From Candidatus Bathyarchaeia archaeon (lineage in GTDB: Archaea > Thermoproteota > Bathyarchaeia > Bathyarchaeales > Bathycorpusculaceae): a stretch of 64,000 nt of DNA. A program made the translations under genes and the position numbers. The stretch spans positions 1-64,000 of the forward strand of contig JBBFKZ010000001.1 of NCBI GenBank assembly GCA_037481775.1. The letters run 5' to 3'. Positions 1 through 8,694 of this stretch are shown one piece after another (within the stretch, counting starts at the first letter, position 1; each line of letters opens with the position of its first letter). The notes beneath the pieces were generated by a model. That model made no database searches, was not told the DNA's origin, and saw only the letters and a list, made by a program, of their open reading frames with translations.

Positions 1-2732
1 GCGTCTTTCTGTGCGGTGAACTTTTGTGCTTCTTCTTTTGCCGAAAAAACCGCCTTGGAAAGTTCAACTCGACTTTTTTCCAGCTCTGAAATTTCTTGCT
101 TTAGCGATTCACGTTCCTGCAGAGCTTCAGCTATTTCCTTCTCAACTTTCCTTTGCTGCTGCTCAACTTTCGACAGTTGAATTTTCGCGTTTTTGTATGC
201 GGTTCGCAATACATTTTCGAATTGAGATTGAAGTGTGGAAATTTCGGTTTGAACCGCGCTTAAATTCTGTCTAAGAGCAATTATCTCCTCTGCAAGTTTA
301 TCTCGTTTCACTTCCAATTCTTGGATATGACTGACATCCGTTTTCTTTCTCAAAATTGCAAGTTCATTTCGGAGTTTCTGAATCTCCTTTTGAATAGCAC
401 TTCTTTCAGACTTGTACAGCGCCATTTGGGTTTTACCAGTTTCTATGTCTTGTCCAATTTTCTCGCAGTACTTTTCAATTTGCTTAACGTTTTTCTCAGT
501 TCGAATTACATTTAGTTTTACTCTATCTATTTCTCTATCAAGAGTAACTATTGATTCAGAGAGACGGGCAATTTCAATTTTTGTTCGTTCGATCTCCTCT
601 TCGAAAGCCGCTATGTCACTATCTCTTTTGGAAAGATGCTGCTGAAGAGCTTTCACCGCTTCATCAAGACTTTTGATGGCGTTTTCGCTCGGAATAATCT
701 TTGAAAAGTCTATAGGCGCCCTGTAGTAACCGCTTTCAAAGGCTCCGCCTGCCTCGTAGAGGTTGCCGTTGATGGTTACGGCTCGGTAACCTTCGCTTGC
801 AAGCGCAACGCCAATTTTATCGCTAGAAACGATTAAGGTGTCTCCGAAAACGTAGTTAACCGCTGGCTCGTATGTTCGTGCGCACTTCACAAAGGCTGAG
901 GCAACACCGTTCACGCCTTGCCTTTCAGGTATTTTTAGAGATTTGGGAACAATAGCGCCTTGAAGCGGAATAATCTTTATTCTTCCAAGCTTCATTCTCT
1001 TCAGCGTTTCTGTGCATGTGAATGCCGCGTCAATATCCTTAACAACCAGCGCGTTCAGCCAGCCAGCAGCCGCCGCAGCTATCGCCTTCTTGTAAGCGTT
1101 ATCGACTTTAATCAGGTTGCGCAGTCGCCCATAAACACCGGGAATCGCGCCTAACTCGCTTAGTTCTTCTATGCTTCTTAACGCTTTTTCTTCAGCTGCT
1201 ATGGTTTCGGCTAGTTCTCGCTGTGTAACAAATTCTATGACTGCCTCTTTTGCCGAGCTTGCAATTTTTCCCGCTTCAGAAATTTCCTTTAAAATAGCTT
1301 CTTTTTGAGCTGTTTTCCGTTCAAGCGTTTCCTCTAGGCGCTTAAGCTGCGCTTTCTGTTCCTGCTGAACCTTATCAAGTTCTACCAGAGAATGTTCAAT
1401 TTCTGAAAGCGTTGCAATAAATCTTTCTTTTCGCTCATTCAGTTCCTTAAGTCGTCTTGTGCTGAGTTGAACCGCGGTTTTCTCCTTCAAGTATTCTGAT
1501 CTTAAGAGAGCAAGCTTCTTGTATCGTGCGTCGATTTGTATTTCAATCTGGCGTATTTTCTTGCTGTTTTCATCCAAACCGCCCCAGAGCTGCGCTGTTT
1601 CCCGTGCTAGGGCTTCATGTTCGGCCTCTTTTGCTTTAACTTCATCCTCAAGTTTTTCATACTCAGCGCGCGCCTTCCGGATTTTTAGGCGGTTTTCGCG
1701 AATTTCATTTCCAATAGACTGATGTTGTTCGGTGGTGTTTTCTCTTATACGTTTCAGGCTTTCGAGGTTTGCTTGCCCAGAACTTATTTTTGTTGTAAGC
1801 TCTGTGAGTTTAGATCGTAATTCACCGATTTTTATCTGCACTTTAAGTACTTGCGAGCCGCCCTCTTCAACGATCTCAGCACTGAGTTTTCGCCACTCGC
1901 CTTCAACATCACGCCTTTTTGATCTTTGAGCGTTACGCAGTTCCCGTAGCTTCTCAACTTTGCTTTTTACTTTGTCAATTTGCGCCGACGTTTCATCAAT
2001 CTTTCTGTTTAACTGAAGAATTTCATGTGAAATTTTGATGGCTTCGAACTTTTTGATTTCGTTCTGGATGAAATTGTACCGCAAAAGTTGGTTGCGTTCC
2101 CGTTCCAAATCGTCCACGCGTCTTTGGACTTCATCTATTCTGCCCATGGCGGTGCGGATCGAGATGTCTGCGGCGCGCAGTTTCTCTTCTGCTTCTGCTT
2201 TTTCAGCATCGTATTGAGCTATTCCGATCAAGTCTTCGATGATTTTTCTACGTTCAAGGGGGTTAATGTCGGTTAAGCGCGTTATGGTTCCTTGCGGAAT
2301 TATGTTTTGGCTGACACTGCTTATCCCAGCCACAGAAAGAATTTCCAGTATTTGCGTTCTCGAAACCCTTCGTCCATTCAGTCTGTAAACGCTTTGTCCG
2401 TTTCTGTAGACTTCCCGCGAGACCGTAACTGTTGCCGTGTCAACGGGCATTACACCGTCTGAGTTATCAAATTGAAGCGTCACCTTGGCCATTTTTGCCC
2501 GCTCTAGTCCCGCTTTTTCTGAACCATGAAAAATCAGCTTAGTCGCGCTTTCCGCTCGAAGCCGTCTTGTGCTTAATTCGCCTAAAGCGAACAAAACTGC
2601 GTCCATAATGTTCGTTTTTCCGCTTCCGTTAGGACCGGTTATAGCGGTGAAACCCTTATCTAGCGCTACTTTAACTATTTGCGGTCCGAAAGATTTGAAG
2701 CCTTTAAGTTCTATTTTTTTAATGTAGGGCAT
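1..2732 (-). CDS. smc: Chromosome segregation protein SMC (3' part runs off the left edge)
   Basis: Absent from the ORF track; manual translation from ATG 2732 gives MPYIKKIELKGFKSFG...TAITGPNGSGKTNIMDAVLFALG (Walker A), a long coiled coil and a hinge (GVYGRLRNLI...GRIKIIPL...VFGDTLIV). Confidence 0.96.
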   Translation of the reverse strand, partial: MPYIKKIELKGFKSFGPQIVKVALDKGFTAITGPNGSGKTNIMDAVLFALGELSTRRLRAESATKLIFHGSEKAGLERAKMAKVTLQFDNSDGVMPVDTATVTVSREVYRNGQSVYRLNGRRVSRTQILEILSVAGISSVSQNIIPQGTITRLTDINPLERRKIIEDLIGIAQYDAEKAEAEEKLRAADISIRTAMGRIDEVQRRVDDLERERNQLLRYNFIQNEIKKFEAIKISHEILQLNRKIDETSAQIDKVKSKVEKLRELRNAQRSKRRDVEGEWRKLSAEIVEEGGSQVLKVQIKIGELRSKLTELTTKISSGQANLESLKRIRENTTEQHQSIGNEIRENRLKIRKARAEYEKLEDEVKAKEAEHEALARETAQLWGGLDENSKKIRQIEIQIDARYKKLALLRSEYLKEKTAVQLSTRRLKELNERKERFIATLSEIEHSLVELDKVQQEQKAQLKRLEETLERKTAQKEAILKEISEAGKIASSAKEAVIEFVTQRELAETIAAEEKALRSIEELSELGAIPGVYGRLRNLIKVDNAYKKAIAAAAAGWLNALVVKDIDAAFTCTETLKRMKLGRIKIIPLQGAIVPKSLKIPERQGVNGVASAFVKCARTYEPAVNYVFGDTLIVSSDKIGVALASEGYRAVTINGNLYEAGGAFESGYYRAPIDFSKIIPSENAIKSLDEAVKALQQHLSKRDSDIAAFEEEIERTKIEIARLSESIVTLDREIDRVKLNVIRTEKNVKQIEKYCEKIGQDIETGKTQMALYKSERSAIQKEIQKLRNELAILRKKTDVSHIQELEVKRDKLAEEIIALRQNLSAVQTEISTLQSQFENVLRTAYKNAKIQLSKVEQQQRKVEKEIAEALQERESLKQEISELEKSRVELSKAVFSAKEEAQKFTAQKD

Positions 2733-2908
2733 TTAATTTGCGCCCTCGCTTTTTTGGAAGCGGTACACTATGAAATAAACATCTCATTAACATTCTTATA
2801 AAAGCTTGTTTACATAAGACGGCAATAGTGATTCAGAAAAAACAAGCAAAACATGAAAATTAATAAGCGACGCGGTGAATGTGCTCATTTAAAGTGTGGG
2901 GAATAGAA

Positions 2909-3118
2909 ATGAGTTTAGGAGCAGGTTTAAGAAACATGAGCGGCGTGCAAGAAATTTTAGTGCTAGCGCTGATGCTAGTGTCCGTTTTCGCCATTTTCTA
3001 TTCCGACTTAGAACCCGTGTTCAAAATTGGTATAGCAGCATTAGCGTTCAGCATAATCTTTCTAGCCACTCTAGCTACTCAAGTGCTGGAACAAGAAAAA
3101 GAAAACAAAAAAGCCTAA
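2909..3118 (+). CDS. Small membrane protein, two predicted TM helices
   Basis: Two hydrophobic stretches and a charged tail; start chosen at ATG 2909 (track start 2879). Confidence 0.6.
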   Translation: MSLGAGLRNMSGVQEILVLALMLVSVFAIFYSDLEPVFKIGIAALAFSIIFLATLATQVLEQEKENKKA

Positions 3119-3183
3119 AAGAACCCTCAGGTAAAGATTAACGCTGCAATACCCCTTTCTTCAGCGCTTTAACACCATAGTGG

Positions 3184-3209
3184 TGGTGCCCCGGTCTGTA
3201 TTGGAACCC
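3184..3209 (-). repeat. Degenerate copy of the tRNA-Glu 3' end (candidate att site)
   Basis: TGGTGCCCCGGTCTGTATTGGAACCC matches 5145-5170 TGGTGCTCCGGCCGGGATTTGAACCC at 21/26 positions in direct orientation. Confidence 0.65.
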
Positions 3210-3624
3210 TTAAGAGCAAAGGATAGATTCCTCCCCGTAAAATCCACTTTTTTCACCGTTTCTTTTAGCAGCGACTAACAGAAAATTTTTGGATTTTGAG
3301 TTGTTGGATAATAATGTATTCATATAGGCTCAGGTTTCGTTTCTCAGCCTGTCACATGGAAACTTGCATGTAAGAATGCAGTAGATCTGCAGTATAGCTT
3401 TTAGTAGCCATAGGATTAAGAAGGAAGCAGACGCTGCTCCTAGATCCCGGCTTTGGAAGAACAGGCCCAAGGGAAAAAGGCGCAGAAGAAAAAATTGTGA
3501 CAGCTGAGCAGCCACAACCTCATTCTTATGTCCCAAAACATATGGGGGATATCTGCAAAATCCTTCTTTAGATTACACTTAGGCGCAATGTACAATTGTG
3601 TAGCATACGATAATTATGCAAGAA

Positions 3625-3657
3625 GTGAACTACCCCGCCCTCTTGAACAGGGTCTTT
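3625..3657. mobile_element. Possible degenerate IS200/IS605-family end hairpin
   Basis: GTGAACTACCCCGCCC followed by an imperfect right arm (CAGGGTCTT); resembles subterminal hairpins of this family; no transposase nearby. Confidence 0.35.
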
Positions 3658-3769
3658 TTGCGGAGCCAAGATAAAGAGCATGCTGGCCTTATTTTACTTG
3701 AATTTCGCAATTAATTTGTTTACCTCATAGAAATTGAATTTAGCATTGTTGCTGGGGCTTGTTGGGGAT

Positions 3770-4345
3770 ATGAAAGCGAAAGGCGGCTAATTTTAATTGT
3801 CCTTGCATTAATACTATTCTTGGCTGTTTTCTTTGCATCATATTCTGGAAATAAAGAAGCGCCTCCAGATGTTTATACAGGTGCCACTTTTTGCGGGAAT
3901 ACAAGTGCTGAAGCCAGCCTTCTTATTGACCGCGTTAAAGGTTACACGGATCTATTTGTTATTCTCTCCGGACCGGTGAGCAACAATGAAACTGCTATGA
4001 CTGAAAATTATGAATATGCAGTTAACGCGGGGCTTCACATAATAGTTTTCTTTGGCGACTTGGATTCGCGGGTTCTCGCTTTAAAAAATCTGGAATGGCG
4101 TTTATCATGGATAAAAATGGCGAAGCAAAAAATGGGGTAACAAATTCTTGGGCGTTTATTATTATGATGAACTGGGAGGCATCTACATCAACTGTAAATG
4201 GAACGAACCCATGCTTTTTCCCAGGAACATGAGCCTTGCCGACTTAACCTGCGACATCGTGGCGAAACCATACGCATGGCTTTTCCAAATGAATGATGGC
4301 TTTGGTTTTCTTGAGGCCAAAAAAGAGAAAATTTCATTTTTACGT
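3770..4345 (+). pseudogene. Frameshifted, truncated paralog of the exported protein at 50439-51677
   Basis: Shared FCGNTxAEAxLLIDxVKGYTxLFV and FLGxYYxDE motifs; frameshifts near 3780 and in the A6 run near 4127-4132; C-terminal half missing. Confidence 0.85.
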
Positions 4346-4450
4346 CTATTTCTTTACGGCTAGTTTCGCACCACAAACCGAGCATTTTCCATCTGAAGTT
4401 ATTTTCGGCTGTTCTTTAACCTCTGCACCACATAACCCACATTTAGGCAT
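4346..4450 (-). CDS. 34-aa zinc-ribbon microprotein (CxxC-x15-CxxC)
   Basis: MPKCGLCGAEVKEQPKITSDGKCSVCGAKLAVKK*; strong SD AGGAGGAGGTGA just upstream; AT-rich promoter-like region beyond. Confidence 0.8.
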   Translation of the reverse strand: MPKCGLCGAEVKEQPKITSDGKCSVCGAKLAVKK

Positions 4451-4926
4451 AAACTCACCTCCTCCTTTCAAACCATAGAATATATCAAAACATATTTTTT
4501 AATTTTTTTTTATAATCCATGCAAGATGAATCATAAAAGAAATAAATGCCGCAATAGTCTACGCTGTTTACCCACCCAAGCACCTTTGTACCCGCATTAG
4601 CGGTTAACACAAAACACGTATGATTAAAATGATAAAATTTTATGGGCTTTGGGCTGTTTTTTGTTTTACTTTTTGGTTCAACGCTTATTAAGAAAGGTTA
4701 TGCCGCACTACGAAAAACAAGTAAAAAGTATTTAATCTTAAATAATGTTAAAGCGAAGCCAGCTTTTCAAAAATTCTAAATTGTTAACAAAACCAATAAA
4801 ACCAAGACACGGCAACCCGATTCCTTCTTCATGTCAAAGGGCGTTGTTTCCATTTTAGGTATCAAACAGTTTTTTATATTTCTTAAAAACCTTAATAGTT
4901 AAAAAGGATTAATTTAATGTTCTAAA

Positions 4927-5144
4927 TGGCTCCTTACGTCAGATCAACCAGGAAGCCTGCGAAGTATTATTGCAGCGAACAGGGTGTACCATGCCACACA
5001 CGCTGTCAGCGCCACGTAAGGCGTGCCACTGAAGGCAGTGTTTCACGAATAAGTTCAGACCCTACCTTTGGTGCAAAATGGAAGGCTTCAAGCGTTGCCG
5101 TGAACGGAAATAACCGCCGGGTGTCGCGGTTTTATCCGCGGCAA
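4927..5144 (+). ncRNA. Candidate structured non-coding RNA (unassigned; strand inferred)
   Basis: GC-richer block after TATA-like TTAATA at ~4892, with many complementary segments (4932-39/5014-21, 4952-58/5083-89, 4957-62/4970-75, 5095-5102/5137-44); the only ORF runs antisense through the tRNA. Confidence 0.45.
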
Positions 5145-5222
5145 TGGTGCTCCGGCCGGGATTTGAACCCGGGTCCACGGCTCGAGAGGCCGTTATACTT
5201 GACCGGACTATACTACCGGAGC
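5145..5222 (-). tRNA. tRNA-Glu (anticodon CTC), CCA encoded, no intron
   Basis: Cloverleaf: GCTCCGG/CCGGAGC acceptor, ACGGC-CTCTCGA-GCCGT anticodon arm, GGTTCAAATCC T arm, 3' ACCA. Confidence 0.97.
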
Positions 5223-5282
5223 GCTAATGCTGCCCGCTGCCTACCGTAAGAAACTTTAATTTAATAAAAATAGCGCTACGCC

Positions 5283-5337
5283 CTTCATATTTGGCGCATA
5301 TTAGAAATTCAATGCAGAAACCTATAGAGGGTCTATC
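5283..5337. repeat. 55-bp dispersed repeat, copy 1
   Basis: 53/55 identical to 57017-57071, same orientation. Confidence 0.92.
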
Positions 5338-5463
5338 GCCATTGGCGCTTCCCACAGCCGTTAACATGCAAAAAAGGTTCAACCTGTTTAAAAGAAAGGG
5401 AATTACCGCCGAGCGCAGTAGCCCAAAGGCTTTTTTTATGGGTAAATGCTGCCGCTAAATTGT

Positions 5464-5748
5464 TTATTCTGTTTTGTGATTTTTCTGCGTTAGTGCTTTT
5501 TCGACTGCAAAACCTGCCATCAATACAAGAAGGGTTCCGAAAACTCCCGCCAACAAAGTTGAAAAATAAGTGTCTCCGATTGCCTCGATTGTGTAATCAG
5601 GCATTAAGCCTTTCCAGAAAGGCGCATGTTCCTCCACTCCAAAGTTTTCAACCACACGCTCAAGCCCGTCAGGATCACTTGAAGCAAGGGGTATGAAAAC
5701 CACGAGGAAAACAATTAAAGCGATTATTATCGCGATGTGTTTCTTCAT
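5464..5748 (-). CDS. nikN: PDGLE-domain protein, NikN/CbiN-like component of a Ni/Co ECF transporter
   Basis: ASSDPDGLERV motif between two TM helices; overlaps the nikM stop. Confidence 0.88.
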   Translation of the reverse strand: MKKHIAIIIALIVFLVVFIPLASSDPDGLERVVENFGVEEHAPFWKGLMPDYTIEAIGDTYFSTLLAGVFGTLLVLMAGFAVEKALTQKNHKTE

Positions 5749-6410
5749 AGGCGGGTCTTCTCCTTTAGAAGTGTTAAGCCACCCATTATTGCTGGCTGCA
5801 CTCGCTGCAATGAGGTTACTAGCGCCGTTGTTATCGCGCCTTCGCCTAATCCTATTATCGCGTGGTAAAATAGCATCGAAGGCACTGTCACCATAACTCC
5901 GCCTGCGAAAGCAGGGCTAATCACCACGGCAGTAACGAAAGCACCTGCCATGACGGAAAGCCACGATGCGATGAATACGCTGGGAATAAAGCGTTTATTG
6001 TTGAAAGAGCCTCTTGTAAGCAGTTTTATAATAAAGAAGCTTAAGCCTCCGATTACTGCCATGTTAAAAGCGTTCATGCCGAATGCAAGGATGCCGCCGT
6101 CCGCAAAGAAAACGGCTTGCATTAAGAGAACAATCGTCATGCTAAGCATTGCAGCATACGGTCCTAGAAGAACCGCTAAAAAAGTGCCACCCACCAGATG
6201 ACCGCTTGTGCCGAAGGTTATTGGAAAATTTATCATCTGCGCTGCAAACACGAATGCGCTGGACACAGCAAGCAAAGCAGTTATGGAGCGGGGATAGAGG
6301 GTTTTTGCTTTTTTCCAAGCCCATGCAAGAAAAACGAGGGTAACTATCCACATGGCTACTGCTGTAACGATTGAATAAGGATTAGTGATTAGACCATCGG
6401 GTATGTGCAA
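5745..6410 (-). CDS. nikM: Ni/Co ECF transporter substrate-binding component NikM/CbiM
   Basis: TTG at 6410 gives the conserved (M)HIPDG N-terminus; FAAQMINFP, GTSGHLVGG and QAVFFADGG motifs. Confidence 0.93.
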   Translation of the reverse strand: MHIPDGLITNPYSIVTAVAMWIVTLVFLAWAWKKAKTLYPRSITALLAVSSAFVFAAQMINFPITFGTSGHLVGGTFLAVLLGPYAAMLSMTIVLLMQAVFFADGGILAFGMNAFNMAVIGGLSFFIIKLLTRGSFNNKRFIPSVFIASWLSVMAGAFVTAVVISPAFAGGVMVTVPSMLFYHAIIGLGEGAITTALVTSLQRVQPAIMGGLTLLKEKTRL

Positions 6411-6423
6411 GTTTTCTGCCTCA

Positions 6424-6451
6424 GTAACACTTTTTATATTTTCAGTATTAC
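6424..6451. promoter_or_regulatory. Candidate NikR operator in the nikMN promoter
   Basis: Imperfect palindrome GTAACA-N16-TATTAC between the minus-strand TATA (TTTAATA, ~6456-6462) and the nikM start; 6-16-6 geometry as in the E. coli NikR operator. Confidence 0.65.
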
Positions 6452-6513
6452 CCACTATTAAAGATTTCGCGGTCAACAAAAACTGTTTCAATAACGCCTT
6501 CTAAAGAAAAAGT

Positions 6514-7302
6514 TTACACAGAATCCCTAAACTTTGCCACACGATTAGCAATTATCGTAGCCACCGCGCCCGCAGCAACACCACTATCAATGTTTACGAC
6601 CGCCAAACCTAATGAACAAGCTTGCAGCATAGCCATAAGCGTGCCTACGCCTTTCTCTCCGAAACCATAACTATTTGAAGTTGGAACCGCGATCACAGGC
6701 ACATCAACCATGCCAGCCACCACCGATGGCAATGCGCCTTCTCTCCCTGCAACTACTATGATAACGTCAACATCCTGCGCCACAAATTCCTTTATCGGCT
6801 GCATTAACCGATGTATTCCAGCCACGCCAACATCATAAGCAGCAAAAACGGTGCATCCCATCTCCTCAGCGATAACCTTTGCCTCTTCAGCCACAGGAAT
6901 ATCAGAAGTTCCCGCAGTTAAAAGCCCAACCTTCCCGCCTGTGGGCTTCACAGCAAACTCCTTCTTCTTTAAAACAATCATTCTAGCTCTATCGTAAACC
7001 CGCAGAACAGCGTCGCTGGGAACAGTTGCTTTGACCGCACTTATCTGCTCAACGTTACATCGGCTTACGATTACACGGCCTTTCTCCTCCATCACGTGAA
7101 GCGCAATGTCAACAACGTCAGCTGCACTTTTACCTTCAGCAAGAATGATTTCAGGTATGCCTTTCCTGCAATCTCTGTTAACGTCAATCCTCGCCATGTT
7201 ACCGACTTCTTCTATGGCAAGCAGCTTAACCTGCCTTTCTGCTTCAGCAAGCGTTATTTCGCCTTTCAAAAGCTTACTAAGAATCTCCTTCAGAGTGTTC
7301 AT
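6514..7302 (-). CDS. larB: Nickel-pincer cofactor biosynthesis protein LarB (PurE-like)
   Basis: GIPEIILAEGK, TAGTSDIPVAEEA, DVGVAGIHRL, VAGREGALPSVV and VVNIDSG motifs. Confidence 0.95.
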   Translation of the reverse strand: MNTLKEILSKLLKGEITLAEAERQVKLLAIEEVGNMARIDVNRDCRKGIPEIILAEGKSAADVVDIALHVMEEKGRVIVSRCNVEQISAVKATVPSDAVLRVYDRARMIVLKKKEFAVKPTGGKVGLLTAGTSDIPVAEEAKVIAEEMGCTVFAAYDVGVAGIHRLMQPIKEFVAQDVDVIIVVAGREGALPSVVAGMVDVPVIAVPTSNSYGFGEKGVGTLMAMLQACSLGLAVVNIDSGVAAGAVATIIANRVAKFRDSV

Positions 7303-7401
7303 GAGCAAACCGTTTACTTAAAGAGCATAAGCGATATATCAGTTATTGCTTTTTATTTATGCGTGCTCTTCCATATCAATTTATTCAGGTAGCGAAAGGG
7401 T

Positions 7402-8694
7402 ATGGCTGAATCTGACAAGTTAGTTGTTATTGATTGCCAGCTAGCCGGAATTTCAGGCGACATGTTTCTAGGTGCATTAATAGACTTGGGTGCTAACGTC
7501 AGTAAGCTTATTGCAGCCATAAAAGCTCTGGAAAAGCGAGAGTACGGCTACAAAAACATCAAAATTGATGTACAACAAGTTATGCGCAGAGGATTCAAAG
7601 CGACTAAAATCGACGTAACCGCTGACGGCACCAATAGAAAAAATGGCGATGAACTTATCGCGATTGTTGAAGAAACTGCCCGAGAAATTGGGCTTTCCGT
7701 TAAAGCACAGCAGTTCGCATCCAACGTTATCCACACATTAGTTAACGCGGAAGCAGAGCTTCACGGAAGTTCGTTGTCAAATGCTCACTTGCATGAAGTA
7801 AGCCTCGTAGATACTGCCGCAGAAATAATTGGCGCCGCAGTCGCCATTGACGACCTTGAACTATTCAACGCTAAAGTATATGCGACACCGGTGTCGGTTG
7901 GCGGCGGCTTATTCCAGTTCTCGCACGGCACAGTTTCCAGTCCTGCACCGGCAACATTGGAGATACTTAAGTCAAGGAGCTTCCCACTAAAAGGCGGACC
8001 AGTTGAGTCAGAATTAACTACACCGACGGGAGCAGCCATTTTAGTTAACCTCGCAACGGAAGTAATCAGATTCTATCCGGAAATGACGCCGCTAAAAGTA
8101 GGCTACGGAGCGGGAAGCAAGGATTTCAGGGAAATTCCTAATGTTTTACGCGTTATATTAGGCGCGTTATCAGAAAGCGAGTTGCCAACAGACAACGTGG
8201 TTATCTTGGAAACAAACCTTGATGACACAACGGGCGAGGTAATTGGATACGCTATGGATAGACTTTTTCGGGAAGGCGCCAAAGATGTTTGCATCATCCC
8301 AATGTTCACCAAGAAGAACAGACCAGGGCAAATTCTGAAAATAGTGGCTGACTCCAAAGACGCGCAGCGACTTTCACGGTTTATTATTGAAGAAACAGGC
8401 ACGCTTGGAGTTAGAATGTACCCTTGTAGAAGACACATACTTAATCGGAAATTGCTTTCAGTAGATGTGCAAGTAGACGGCGGAGAAGAAACGGTAAAGG
8501 TGAAAGTTGCTAAAGATCAACAGGGCAAAATCATCCAGATTAAACCGGAATATGACGAAGTGAAAAAACTCGCAGAGAAGAAAAGAAAGCCGTTGAGAGA
8601 AATTGCTGAATTAGTTACGTCCCGCGCTAAAGAAATATTATTGGAAAAAGAGGAAGAGGGAAACACTAGTGCAATTAAGCCGAGAGAAAATTGA
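7402..8694 (+). CDS. larC: Nickel-pincer cofactor nickel insertase LarC
   Basis: GISGDMFLGALIDLG, HLHEV, PAPATLEIL, ELTTPTGAA, LETNLDD, ETGTLGVR and KPEYDE motifs. Confidence 0.96.
   Translation: MAESDKLVVIDCQLAGISGDMFLGALIDLGANVSKLIAAIKALEKREYGYKNIKIDVQQVMRRGFKATKIDVTADGTNRKNGDELIAIVEETAREIGLSVKAQQFASNVIHTLVNAEAELHGSSLSNAHLHEVSLVDTAAEIIGAAVAIDDLELFNAKVYATPVSVGGGLFQFSHGTVSSPAPATLEILKSRSFPLKGGPVESELTTPTGAAILVNLATEVIRFYPEMTPLKVGYGAGSKDFREIPNVLRVILGALSESELPTDNVVILETNLDDTTGEVIGYAMDRLFREGAKDVCIIPMFTKKNRPGQILKIVADSKDAQRLSRFIIEETGTLGVRMYPCRRHILNRKLLSVDVQVDGGEETVKVKVAKDQQGKIIQIKPEYDEVKKLAEKKRKPLREIAELVTSRAKEILLEKEEEGNTSAIKPREN

Noticed and set aside
26-2276. Short + strand ORFs over smc, and similar shadow ORFs throughout the window
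   Set aside because: They are antisense or out-of-frame shadows of well-supported genes
3330-3536. 68-aa minus-strand ORF in the tRNA-Glu island
   Set aside because: TTG start without SD and no motif; probably decayed sequence
4926-5249. 107-aa ORF on the + strand
   Set aside because: It runs antisense through the whole tRNA-Glu and has no recognisable motif; structured RNA explains the region better, though a short peptide is not excluded
6411-6491. 27-aa N-terminal extension of NikM in the ORF track
   Set aside because: It would block the metal-binding N-terminus and covers the TATA box and operator
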